Notes: generated from the sequence alone by a model not told the origin. A stretch of DNA of 64,000 nt from Patescibacteria group bacterium (GCA_035946335.1 DASYZL010000004.1:23896-87895); one strand, 5' to 3'; numbered from the stretch's first letter, positions 9,586-19,248 are shown. Numbers and translations: made by a program.

Positions 9586-10104
9586 CTACGGCGAAGTATT
9601 TGTACTCGATACGCCATAGTTGCAAACATTACTTCCTCCACATGTCACATTAGCGGGAACATTGCCGCATACGCTTCCATTATTGCACGATTGTGAGTCT
9701 ATTGTACCCCGCTCCAGAGAAGCATAAAGCCAGTACGTTTGATACGAAGAGTCAGTAACGTAAATATATGTCCTGCCTGAATCAGGATCTTTCGGTAAAA
9801 AATTCATATACGGTTGCCATGGATTTCCCCATGCAATACCAGGACGCGGATTTGCATTAATATTATTGAAGTCGACAATTTCATAAAGCGGGGATGCGGT
9901 TGAATATCGTGGATACTGTCCATGATCCTGATAATACTGTTCTAAGGCTCGCTGAATTTGCGCCAGATCTGACTTTCTCCTCGAATCATTAGCTTTCTGG
10001 AATTGTTCTAGAGGATTAACAACCATTAGAAGAACTATGGAAAGGATTCCAATAATACCAATGGCGATGAGCATTTCTACAAGCGTAAATCCTTTTTGCT
10101 TCAT
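9586..10104 (-). CDS. Type IV pilin paralogue
   Basis: MKQKG|FTLVEMLIAIGIIGILSIVLL with a classic short leader; Cys-rich C-terminus (CNNGSVCGN...CGGSNVC). Confidence 0.85.
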   Translation of the reverse strand: MKQKGFTLVEMLIAIGIIGILSIVLLMVVNPLEQFQKANDSRRKSDLAQIQRALEQYYQDHGQYPRYSTASPLYEIVDFNNINANPRPGIAWGNPWQPYMNFLPKDPDSGRTYIYVTDSSYQTYWLYASLERGTIDSQSCNNGSVCGNVPANVTCGGSNVCNYGVSSTNTSP

Positions 10105-10113
10105 ATACAGTTA

Positions 10114-10665
10114 CTATGTGCCTGGTGGAATAGTATGTGCATTGACATATACACAATCAAGATTCCCTGAAATTATACAGTAATTAATCTGTGTCGTGCT
10201 GTAATTAACAGGCATGCATGAAGGACGAGTCGCAAGCGGACAAGGATTGTTATGGGCAAGATTGCTTGTTAAATTTGCGAAGAGAATGTTCCATTGTGGA
10301 CAGTTGCTTGTTGTATCTACTTCATAACGATAGCAGTTTTTTTGTGATGCATTACAGGCTCCGTCCTGAGGAACTTTTGCCATATATATTGCCCCTCCAG
10401 CCTTCCATTGCTGCCCAAATACCAAAGATGTCGGATAACATCCGGTATCATTCAGGTATGTGTCGAGGGCTGCTTGAATTGATTTCAGATCGTGTTCACG
10501 TTGCGCATCCTGACCTTTTTGAATCTGTTCGAGTGGATTGAGAAAGATGAAAAGGAAAGTAACCAAGGTACTAAAAATGAGTATGGTAATAAGGAGCTCA
10601 ACGAGCGTAAATCCTTTCTCCTTTTCTTTTACCAGCCAAAAATTAACCTTGTAAAAAGTTGCCAT
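10114..10665 (-). CDS. Type IV pilin paralogue
   Basis: ...KEKEKG|FTLVELLITILIF; ATG at 10665 overlaps the pilD 3' end by about 37 nt; the ORF-track start at 10680 is a TTG. Confidence 0.75.
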   Translation of the reverse strand: MATFYKVNFWLVKEKEKGFTLVELLITILIFSTLVTFLFIFLNPLEQIQKGQDAQREHDLKSIQAALDTYLNDTGCYPTSLVFGQQWKAGGAIYMAKVPQDGACNASQKNCYRYEVDTTSNCPQWNILFANLTSNLAHNNPCPLATRPSCMPVNYSTTQINYCIISGNLDCVYVNAHTIPPGT

Positions 10666-11393
10666 ATGCTTTGTCCCCAAAAAAATACAACAACCATTCC
10701 GAAAGCAAGAAATGGACCAAACGGAATAGTATCATTATGGAATCTTTTTCTTCTTACCACTACTAGTATGAGTGCGAGAATGGAACCTGTCAAGAAAGCG
10801 ACATACAATGTCAAGATAATCAGAGGAATGCCAAAAAGAAGTCCCAAAAATGCGGCAAACTTTACGTCTCCAAATCCCATTCCTTTTTTCTTCGTTATCA
10901 AATAAAGAAAAGCAAAAAGTCCGCCTGCAAAAAAGAAGCCGATAATATGAGACAGGAACTGTTCTTTTTCAAAGAGGAAAAAGAGAATAGTTATACATGA
11001 AGAAATGAGTAATATGCTATCAGGAATAATGCCAAACCATAAATCGGTATAAAAAATAATGATACTAACACTTATTACATAAAACGCAAAGGCTATTTCC
11101 ACAGGCGACTGTTGTCTGGAAAACTGGAATGTGAGAATAAAAAGAATTGCTGTTGTTAATTCAACTATTGGATACTGCCAGCCGATTTTTTTTGAGCAAT
11201 ACCGACACCTCCCCTTGAGTAAAAAAAATGAGAGAAGGGGAATAAGATCATACCATCGCAACTGGTGAAGACAGAAATCGCAATGCGATCTACCTTTTAA
11301 AAACGATTCGCCGCGGGGTATTCTATCAATAAGTACGTTGAGAAAAGAACCGATACATAACCCTATAAAACAAGGCAACAATGCAATAATCAT
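10629..11393 (-). CDS. pilD: Prepilin peptidase / N-methyltransferase PilD (A24 family)
   Basis: GSFLNVLIDRIP, CxxC...CRYC zinc motif, and GMGFGDVKF catalytic Asp box. Confidence 0.9.
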   Translation of the reverse strand: MIIALLPCFIGLCIGSFLNVLIDRIPRGESFLKGRSHCDFCLHQLRWYDLIPLLSFFLLKGRCRYCSKKIGWQYPIVELTTAILFILTFQFSRQQSPVEIAFAFYVISVSIIIFYTDLWFGIIPDSILLISSCITILFFLFEKEQFLSHIIGFFFAGGLFAFLYLITKKKGMGFGDVKFAAFLGLLFGIPLIILTLYVAFLTGSILALILVVVRRKRFHNDTIPFGPFLAFGMVVVFFWGQSIWQLFTRLIFGW

Positions 11394-13414
11394 GCCGCTT
11401 TCATCGTAGCAGAAAACGCCTTTTGATACGATTCATGAAATATCTGCTGAAACTGTTGCTCAAGCAGCAAAACCTTAGACTTATTATGTTCACAATCAGC
11501 ATAGACTTTATGTAAAAGAAAATAGGAAAGCCTGTCCAGCGGATCCAGAGCAAGTGTTGTTTGAAATTCTATATCTGCAGCTTTACAATTTTTTTCCCCA
11601 GTTAAGTAATAAATAGCAAGCATTTGGTGCGTCTGCGGGAAGTCAGGATTTATTACGAGTGCCTTTTCATACCATTGTTTTGCTTTTCCTATATCTTTAT
11701 ATTGCGTCAGATAGTAATTTCCCGCTACCAACATTCCTAATACGTAGGTATTGGGAATATCAGCAATGCTGAGACTTTGCAGAGATTTGACAGTTTGCTG
11801 TTGAGCAAATGATGGAATGTGCAGTGACTGCCATACCCAATTTTCTTTATCGGTAAATGCTAACTCATCTGGTGGCAATTCGTGAGGGAGAAGCAGACGA
11901 AATGTTAATCCAAACGGAATCCATTGTAAATCTTTTTTCTTTTCTGGTTGCACACCTGAAATAGCAAAAACAGGATGTGTCTTTTGAATCTCCCGTATGA
12001 TCACTTCCTCGTTGAGTATTGACGGAGAGAAGGGATGTGTTTTTTTATACTGTTGTTCCTCGCTAAGAAAAAATGCATCTCGCCCTAAACTATCAAGATT
12101 AACAATTTGCACATCAGGACGTATCCGCAGAGCAAAGTGCACATACTGGGTATTAAACAATGTTGTGTCTCCTCCAACAAAAAATACGGAGTTTTTTGGA
12201 AGAGATTGGATAAAGTCTTCCCCTAAATAGTCACCAGTCATAATATGCGATAGGTCAGTTTTAGGGAAGTTATAGAAAAGAAGAGCAACAGGAATGATGA
12301 AAAAAACAGATGGTATGACGATACGCCATACGTTTCTGTGCAAAAAAATTGCAAACGCATTTATAACAGTAATAAGTCCAAAGGGAAAGAAGTATAAAAG
12401 CATAATACTTGATAAGACAAAAAATCGTTCGTAGGTACCAATATAAAACGCACCATATAAAGGAAATCCAGCATAACTGATAAAAACAGGACCACTTAAG
12501 AAAAATGCGAGAAGGATAGCAATGCAAAGGATTTTCTGTTTACGAAACAAGGAAATAACACCAATTGCGCTTATGACAATGACTGGGATGGTAAGCTGGA
12601 CAAGTAGCGTAAACAAATACGTTTGCATAATGACAAAGCGTTGCAATACTGTTGGCGGAGCAAAAAAACCTCCGGAAAATGTTCCATAGTCCTTCCGCAA
12701 AATAATATAGAGGAATGATTGCCAATCCGTCACCTTATCCCATAAAATTGGCGGGTTATGTCTTGATACAGCCAGTGCATACGCATATGGTAGGAAACCA
12801 CAAATGAAAGTAAATCCAAGAAAGGGAAGTAAACGGAATAGTGTTTTCTTTTTTTCCCAGTATCCTGCAAGGATGATAAGAAAAAGTGAAGGAAAAATAA
12901 AAACAATTGTCTGATGATGAGAGGCAGCAAGTCCGAGAATGAATGTAAAAAAAAATAAGAGATATGTTTTTGATTTTTGATAGAATGAGATAGCGAGATA
13001 GAGAAGAAAAATTGCAAAAAAAGAGTTTAAAGCAAAAACTTCTGCAATCTCATTGTAAAACCAGAATAAGAATGAGAACGAGAGGATACTTCCAGTAATA
13101 AGGCTGACAAGTATATTTTTTGTGAGTTTTCTTATAGTAAGAAAGAAAAAGAGAACGCTCAGCGCTCCTGATGCTGCCGAAATAAGCCCAACTGTAAATG
13201 CAGGGGACGGAAAAAAAGGAAAACGCGTTAAAAGAAATCCAAGAAAGGTGAACAGGGGATACCCTGGCGCGTGAGGTAAACCTCCGACATACGCTGCAGT
13301 TACCAGATCGCCAACATCACCCCCATAAACTCCTCTTGAGAGATTGTGAACATACAAAAGAAAAGACAAGAAGAGAACGCTAACAGAAAGCAGGAAAAAA
13401 TTCCTCTGCGTCAT
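11390..13414 (-). CDS. DUF2723/TMEM260-like GT-C fold membrane glycosyltransferase with C-terminal TPR repeats
   Basis: YGGDVGDLVTAAYVGGLPHAPGYPLFTFLG is the DUF2723 signature; more than 10 TM helices; TPR-like C-terminus (WYEKALVINPDFPQTHQMLAIYY). Embedded between a pilin gene and pilD. Confidence 0.75.
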   Translation of the reverse strand: MTQRNFFLLSVSVLFLSFLLYVHNLSRGVYGGDVGDLVTAAYVGGLPHAPGYPLFTFLGFLLTRFPFFPSPAFTVGLISAASGALSVLFFFLTIRKLTKNILVSLITGSILSFSFLFWFYNEIAEVFALNSFFAIFLLYLAISFYQKSKTYLLFFFTFILGLAASHHQTIVFIFPSLFLIILAGYWEKKKTLFRLLPFLGFTFICGFLPYAYALAVSRHNPPILWDKVTDWQSFLYIILRKDYGTFSGGFFAPPTVLQRFVIMQTYLFTLLVQLTIPVIVISAIGVISLFRKQKILCIAILLAFFLSGPVFISYAGFPLYGAFYIGTYERFFVLSSIMLLYFFPFGLITVINAFAIFLHRNVWRIVIPSVFFIIPVALLFYNFPKTDLSHIMTGDYLGEDFIQSLPKNSVFFVGGDTTLFNTQYVHFALRIRPDVQIVNLDSLGRDAFFLSEEQQYKKTHPFSPSILNEEVIIREIQKTHPVFAISGVQPEKKKDLQWIPFGLTFRLLLPHELPPDELAFTDKENWVWQSLHIPSFAQQQTVKSLQSLSIADIPNTYVLGMLVAGNYYLTQYKDIGKAKQWYEKALVINPDFPQTHQMLAIYYLTGEKNCKAADIEFQTTLALDPLDRLSYFLLHKVYADCEHNKSKVLLLEQQFQQIFHESYQKAFSATMKAA

Positions 13415-13951
13415 TTACTCTGAGCACCAGTAGCAGGTTGTACCACCAGGATTTGTTGCAGGACAATTTGCAGCTGCACCAGTCAATGTCCCGTCTTTAT
13501 TATATTTTGCATTTGGATCATTTTGTCCTGACTTTGATTGAGGAAGGAAACATGCTGTAAGCGAGTTTGTGGTACCACTGACATAAATGCTGGTTAACAA
13601 CCCTGTTGCCGTCGTGAAACCAGCCTTAATTTCTCCATCATTTAATAAATCAGTCAAACAGGTAATCATTTGAGCAGAATTTAAATTAGCCGTTACTGGC
13701 GCAGTAAGTCCCGCTCCACCACAAGCAGTATCAACGCTCCACATCATTGCATTATGTGTGGTATAGTAACGGGTTCCAGCATTAACAAACTCAACGGCAG
13801 TATTTTTAACATTTGCATCTTGCGCTTTTTTCAATTGTTGAAACGGATCAATCGTTGCTATTAATGCGGTTGCCAAAATACCCAGAATACCAATAACGAC
13901 AAGTAGCTCAATAAGCGTAAACCCTTTTTCTTTTTTCACATCACAATGCAT
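13415..13951 (-). CDS. Type IV pilin paralogue
   Basis: MHCDVKKEKG|FTLIELLVVIGILGILATALIA; ATG confirmed at 13951 (longer in-frame alternatives exist up to 14044); Cys pairs in the C-terminal domain. Confidence 0.8.
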   Translation of the reverse strand: MHCDVKKEKGFTLIELLVVIGILGILATALIATIDPFQQLKKAQDANVKNTAVEFVNAGTRYYTTHNAMMWSVDTACGGAGLTAPVTANLNSAQMITCLTDLLNDGEIKAGFTTATGLLTSIYVSGTTNSLTACFLPQSKSGQNDPNAKYNKDGTLTGAAANCPATNPGGTTCYWCSE

Positions 13952-14046
13952 CTTTTTTAATAATAAAAACCGGAAGTTTTTTATTCCTTTCATTACATTA
14001 TTAGGATGGCATAGGTGACAAAAATTTGTCAAGTAGCAAAACAAAA

Positions 14047-14460
14047 TTATTGCGGGTTAACAAAGAGAATGCCAACTGGTTTTCCGGAGAAACGAATGAT
14101 AAAGGACCCAATATGATTCGCAGTAAAGGAAAATGAGCCCTCTTTATTTTTTTCAAGAGAAAAAACAGGAGAATATTTATCAATGGTTAATTGTCCGGAT
14201 GTATCCGAGACAACACGGAGAAGTACCGCGTTATTTTGCTTCACCTGAAAATTAGCTGCATCAAAAAAGTTCATATCCTGCCGGATGTTCAGTTTAAAAG
14301 TTTGCTCATTACCTGCACTGAGTACTGTTTGCTGCGACAAATGAGGCGGACCGCCTGAAGTAGTACTGTGTTGATCTTGTAGTGTGCGCTCGATGATAAG
14401 CGCTGCAATAACAAGAAAAAGTAACAGGGCAACAATAATAAGTTTTTGCATCCCTTTCAT
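14047..14460 (-). CDS. Small membrane-anchored protein of unknown function within the pilus operon
   Basis: One N-terminal TM helix (LIIVALLLFLVIAALII) followed by a Ser/Thr- and beta-rich soluble domain; no recognisable family. Confidence 0.5.
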   Translation of the reverse strand: MKGMQKLIIVALLLFLVIAALIIERTLQDQHSTTSGGPPHLSQQTVLSAGNEQTFKLNIRQDMNFFDAANFQVKQNNAVLLRVVSDTSGQLTIDKYSPVFSLEKNKEGSFSFTANHIGSFIIRFSGKPVGILFVNPQ

Positions 14461-14479
14461 AGCTCGCTGATAGTATAAT

Positions 14480-15685
14480 CTATTGAATTGATGAAGTTAA
14501 ATTGTAAATTGGTGTGATAATAGAAATGATAAGGAAAGCAACTGCAATACCAAGTATTATCATAATAAACGGTTCCATCGCTGTTGTGAGAGTTTTAACT
14601 GTCCCTTCTACCTCCCGTTCAAAATATTCAGAAACTTTTAGAAGCGATTCATCAAGATTACCAGTCTGTTCACCTATTTTCACCATTTGAACAATCATAG
14701 GAGGAAAAATAGGGTAGGCGCTGATCGCATCTCCAATTGTCACTCCTTTCTCAACGCGCTTTGCAATATCGATAATTGCAGTTTTGTAAATTCTGTTGCC
14801 AGCAACTTCTGCAGACTCGTTGAGTGATTCAACAACAAGTGTCCCCGCTCCGATAAGTAGTCCGAAAGTTCTGGAAAATTCAGTAAGGATTCTTTTCTTA
14901 ATAAGATTACCAAATACCGGAATTTTTAAAATGAGGCTATCGTGGATAAGTTCACCAGAGTCTGTTTTTTTCCATCTTTTGTATAATACAAAAAGGACAA
15001 CACCCAACCCAATTAAAAAAGGCCAAAAGATTATGACGATATTCGATAGACCAACAACAATTTGAGTTGGTAAAGGCAGTGGAATATTCAAATTACTATA
15101 TAAAACAGTGAGTTGCGGAATAACAAATATCATCATTACTCCCATTACCACAACCATTAGGATCACAATAATGACTGGGTAGGTGAGTGCACCACGAATC
15201 GTAGAACGAAGTTTTTGTTCTTTTTCCAAATTATCTGCAAGTCGTAAGAGTACTTTGTCCAGAAAACCTGATGACTCCGCAGCTTTAATAAGGGAAATAT
15301 ATACGTGGGAAAAAAGTTGCGGATATTTCTGAATTGCAGTTGAGAGCGCTTTCCCTTCTTGTACATCGGAAATAATACTGCTGACTACTTCTTTCATGCC
15401 CTCATTTTGTATCTGGTCTTTTAAAATGTCTAATGCCTGCGTCAACGTTAAGCCTGCTGTTAGCATGGAAGAAAGTTGACGCGTAAACAATACAAGGTCA
15501 TTTGTTGTCAGACGATTAAAATATGAAACAAACGGAATTGTTTCTTTTGCTTTTTCTTGTTCAAGACGGATAGGAAGTAACTCTTTTGCCCGTAAAAAAT
15601 ACGCTGCCTCCTGAATATCTTTTGCATCCATAACACCCTGTACAATTCTTCCTGTTGGAGTAGTGGCTTTGTATGTCAGTTTCAT
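14480..15685 (-). CDS. pilC: Type IV pilus platform protein PilC (GspF family)
   Basis: Two GspF repeats and three TM segments (LTAGLTL...QALDIL..., FSRTFGLLIGAG). Confidence 0.9.
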   Translation of the reverse strand: MKLTYKATTPTGRIVQGVMDAKDIQEAAYFLRAKELLPIRLEQEKAKETIPFVSYFNRLTTNDLVLFTRQLSSMLTAGLTLTQALDILKDQIQNEGMKEVVSSIISDVQEGKALSTAIQKYPQLFSHVYISLIKAAESSGFLDKVLLRLADNLEKEQKLRSTIRGALTYPVIIVILMVVVMGVMMIFVIPQLTVLYSNLNIPLPLPTQIVVGLSNIVIIFWPFLIGLGVVLFVLYKRWKKTDSGELIHDSLILKIPVFGNLIKKRILTEFSRTFGLLIGAGTLVVESLNESAEVAGNRIYKTAIIDIAKRVEKGVTIGDAISAYPIFPPMIVQMVKIGEQTGNLDESLLKVSEYFEREVEGTVKTLTTAMEPFIMIILGIAVAFLIISIITPIYNLTSSIQ

Positions 15686-15689
15686 TTCC

Positions 15690-16772
15690 TTATCCTACCA
15701 GTTGCAGTAATTCATTTGGGTGCAGCGAATAATTCTTTGCAATATCAAGGCTGATGATTCCAGAAAGGATCAGTTGTGCAAGTGAACTATCCAATGTCTC
15801 CATGCCAACATCCTGACTCGTTTGAATAATAGAATCAATTAGGTGGGTTTTTCCATCTCTTATGTTACTTGCAACCGCAGGTGTTCCTATCATCACCTCA
15901 ACTGCCGGAATCCGTCCGCCAGATAACATCGGCAAGAGACGTTGTGATATTATACCCTGCAATACAAATGCAAGCTGGGTCCGTACTTGTGATTGCTGAC
16001 TCGTTGGAAATGAATCGATGATTCTGTCTACCGACTGTGCGGCTGAATTCGTGTGCAAGGTCGAAAATACTAAATGCCCGGTTTCTGCGATTGTCATCGC
16101 TGCGCTCATTGTATCCGGATCGCGCATTTCTCCAACTAAAACAACATCAGGATCTTCCCGTAAGGCAGATTTTAACGCAGCAGCCCATGAAAGTGTATCT
16201 GTTTTTAGTTCTCTCTGGGAAATCATACTTTTGCCAACCGGATAAACGTATTCTATCGGATCTTCAACTGTAAGGATGTGAGCCGCACGGGTCATATTAA
16301 TTTCATTGATAATTGCTGCTAATGTTGTTGATTTTCCGTGCCCTGTGGGACCTGTAATTAAAACCAGCCCTTGACGGAGTTTGGTAAAACTATGGCAAAT
16401 GGTAGGAATGTGCAATTCTTCGATAGTGCGGATACCTCTTTGAAGGAACCTGAGTGCCGCACAGAGTTGATTACGTTGAAAATAGGCATTTACGCGAAAT
16501 CTGCCAATGTCACCATAAATTCCCTTACCATAGGGAATAGAGAAGTCGAGTTCTTTTCCTGAAATTAGTAGATTTTTTTGCTCCGGTGTCAGAAGAGAGA
16601 AAAGCATACTTTGAACGGCCTCAGGGGAAAGTATGGAATAAGAAGATAAATAAGTAAGCTCACCGTCTATGCGAAGAACTGGCGGAATACCTGGCATCAG
16701 ATGTAAATCAGATGCGTTATTTTTAACAGTAAGCGCTAATAATTCTTGTAAATCCATGCTATTCTTGTGCAA
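15690..16772 (-). CDS. pilT: Twitching-motility retraction ATPase PilT
   Basis: ASDLHLMPGIPPVLRIDGEL, Walker A GPTGHGKSTT, Asp box and His box (TGHLVFSTLHTN). Confidence 0.9.
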   Translation of the reverse strand: MHKNSMDLQELLALTVKNNASDLHLMPGIPPVLRIDGELTYLSSYSILSPEAVQSMLFSLLTPEQKNLLISGKELDFSIPYGKGIYGDIGRFRVNAYFQRNQLCAALRFLQRGIRTIEELHIPTICHSFTKLRQGLVLITGPTGHGKSTTLAAIINEINMTRAAHILTVEDPIEYVYPVGKSMISQRELKTDTLSWAAALKSALREDPDVVLVGEMRDPDTMSAAMTIAETGHLVFSTLHTNSAAQSVDRIIDSFPTSQQSQVRTQLAFVLQGIISQRLLPMLSGGRIPAVEVMIGTPAVASNIRDGKTHLIDSIIQTSQDVGMETLDSSLAQLILSGIISLDIAKNYSLHPNELLQLVG

Positions 16773-18561
16773 CGCGTAATACTTCTTCGATTGTAGTCAC
16801 ACCCTGTAATACCTTCATATACCCATCCTGCTTCATAGTTATCATGCCCTCTACTACCGCCTCTTTTTCAACAGTTTCGCTATCAGGGTGTTCCAGAATA
16901 AGCCGTGACACCTTCTCTGAAACAGGTAATACTTCAAAGATACCAATTCGTCCTATATAACCGGAATCCCCACATGCTTCGCATCCTTTTCCTTTATACA
17001 ATTGTATGTTTGCCTGTGAGGTCGGAAAAAGTTGTCCAAGAACTGTTTTCAGCTCCTGGACAACCTGTGCTGGAGGCGTATATGCCTCTTTACAATGCAG
17101 GCAAATTCTGCGAACAATTCTTTGCCCTAAAATCGCTGTCATTGTTGAGGCAAGCAAAAAATTCTCCGCTCCCAAATCCAACAATCTCGGGAGGGCTCCA
17201 GCGGCAGAAGAAGTATGTAATGTCGAAAAGACCAAATGTCCGGTGAGCGATGCCTGAATAGCAAGATCTGTTGTCTCGCGATCACGAATTTCTCCGACAA
17301 GAATAATGTTTGGGTCCTGTCGTAAAAACGCACGCAATCCTGATGCAAAGGTGAGTCCAACTGCCGGATTTATCTGTACCTGGTTTACACCGACAATTTC
17401 ATATTCAACCGGATCTTCAAGTGAAAGAATATTGACACTTGGTGTATTGAGCCGGGATAGAACAGAGTAGAGTGTTGTTGTTTTTCCTGAACCTGTCGGC
17501 CCACAAACAACAATAATGCCATGCGGCCGCAACATTGCTGTTTCAAGATTTTTTAATGCAGTTCCGCCCAAACCCAATTCCTGAAACGTGGGAATGCCGC
17601 CGGATTTTCGCAAAAGCCGCATGACTATCTTTTCTCCATGAACAGTAGGTAATACAGAAATACGTAAATCCACCTCCTGATCGTCTGCTTTAAAGTTAAA
17701 TCGTCCATCCTGAGGAGTTCTATGCTCATCAATTTTCATTTCGGACAAAACTTTGATTCGCGAAATAACTGCTCCCTGTACAGTTTTCGGTAAACTTAAT
17801 CTATCATATAAAATACCATCAATACGGTAGCGAACACGTACCCGGTCCTCCAGCGGTTCAATGTGCACATCAGACGCACGACTAGTTACTGCATACTCAA
17901 GAATCGTTGCGACGATTTTAGCAATTGGCGCTTCTTTTATAATTTCACCGATTTTTTTACTGTCAATGGTTTTCGTCTTGTTTTCAACTTCTTCTGTTTC
18001 TTTTACCGCCCTGCCGACTTCACCGACAAGTTCCTGCCGGTATTGCGTGTTAATTGCATGTTCAACATCTGTGGATGAAGCTGCAAATGCTTTTATCGTA
18101 AGGCCTGTTTTTTGCCTGACAAATTGTAGCGCATCCAGGTCAACGGGATTACTCATGGCAATAAAGAGCGTTTTTGTTTTATCGTCGTACAAAAAGGGGA
18201 CGAGATGAAATCTGTCTACAACGGCTCGTGGTATAAAACTTAAAGCCTGTGGTGAAAACGAGGTATTTGCAAGTGAGACAAACGGAATACCGAGTATTTT
18301 TGCTTTCACTTGTGCGAGCTGCTCTTCTGTCACGATTCCGGATTGCGATAGGAGAAGATCAATAGGTATTCCATTTGTTGCACTTTTCGCCCGTATATCG
18401 TCATACTGTGCTTTAGTAATATATTTCTCGTTCAGTAGTTCTGTGAGCAACGAATCCTGGCTGTTCGAAAAAGAAGACAGAACACCGTTTGGCGCTACCG
18501 GAACAAGCTGTTTTGTCATATTTGGTACAGAAAACGTATTCCCTGATAATTGTGTGGGCAT
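16759..18561 (-). CDS. pilB: Type IV pilus assembly ATPase PilB (GspE family)
   Basis: N-terminal GspE-N domains, Walker A GPTGSGKTTT, tetracysteine CLHCK...CEACG, GRIGIFEVL. Confidence 0.9.
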   Translation of the reverse strand: MPTQLSGNTFSVPNMTKQLVPVAPNGVLSSFSNSQDSLLTELLNEKYITKAQYDDIRAKSATNGIPIDLLLSQSGIVTEEQLAQVKAKILGIPFVSLANTSFSPQALSFIPRAVVDRFHLVPFLYDDKTKTLFIAMSNPVDLDALQFVRQKTGLTIKAFAASSTDVEHAINTQYRQELVGEVGRAVKETEEVENKTKTIDSKKIGEIIKEAPIAKIVATILEYAVTSRASDVHIEPLEDRVRVRYRIDGILYDRLSLPKTVQGAVISRIKVLSEMKIDEHRTPQDGRFNFKADDQEVDLRISVLPTVHGEKIVMRLLRKSGGIPTFQELGLGGTALKNLETAMLRPHGIIVVCGPTGSGKTTTLYSVLSRLNTPSVNILSLEDPVEYEIVGVNQVQINPAVGLTFASGLRAFLRQDPNIILVGEIRDRETTDLAIQASLTGHLVFSTLHTSSAAGALPRLLDLGAENFLLASTMTAILGQRIVRRICLHCKEAYTPPAQVVQELKTVLGQLFPTSQANIQLYKGKGCEACGDSGYIGRIGIFEVLPVSEKVSRLILEHPDSETVEKEAVVEGMITMKQDGYMKVLQGVTTIEEVLRVAQE

Positions 18562-18591
18562 TACTGTAATAGTAGGTAACTTGGCTGTATA

Positions 18592-19248
18592 ATGTCAAGG
18601 AAGATGCAAAGTTTTATTCTGCTTTCCTTCAGGAAAAAAAGTGTTGAGGATTATCTGGATATCTTCCATAACAAACATACGATTGACCGTTTTGACAGAA
18701 CTACTGTTGCTTCTGAGGGAAGTATAGGCATTGAAATTATCCGGAATCTTCAACAAGTCATTTTCCTTTCTCCCTTAAAGGGAAAAGAAAAAAGTATCAT
18801 AATAACACATGCGGAGCGCTTAACCCATGAGGCACAAAATGCCTTGTTGAAGATACTGGAAGAACCACCAGCACATGTTTTCCTTTTTCTTCTCACCACC
18901 CGGTTGGATGGACTATTACCAACTGTTATCTCCCGGTGTCAACTGGTTCGTTTTTCTGAAGAACCGGTATTACTGCTTCAAGAAGAAAAAGAGCATTTGC
19001 AAAAAGATATACTAACCTGTCTTCACGGTACAATTGGCGAAAAGCTCATGCTTGCAGAGAAAATAGCAACAGATGAGATGTTTGCCTGGACACAAAAAAT
19101 ACTACCTGTCGCACGGGAACAGTTTCTTGATGAAGCCAACCAAGAATTGTTACGACTTCTCACGCAGCTACAGTATATGCACCAACTTTTGCAAACAACA
19201 ACAGTCAATAAACGGTTCCTTGCGGAACATATGCTTCTATCATTATGA
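18592..19248 (+). CDS. holB: DNA polymerase III delta'-subunit-like clamp-loader protein; N-terminus lacks a Walker A
   Basis: AQNALLKILEEPP and TVISRCQ sensor motifs are typical of delta'/tau; there is no GxxGxGK P-loop. Confidence 0.5.
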   Translation: MSRKMQSFILLSFRKKSVEDYLDIFHNKHTIDRFDRTTVASEGSIGIEIIRNLQQVIFLSPLKGKEKSIIITHAERLTHEAQNALLKILEEPPAHVFLFLLTTRLDGLLPTVISRCQLVRFSEEPVLLLQEEKEHLQKDILTCLHGTIGEKLMLAEKIATDEMFAWTQKILPVAREQFLDEANQELLRLLTQLQYMHQLLQTTTVNKRFLAEHMLLSL

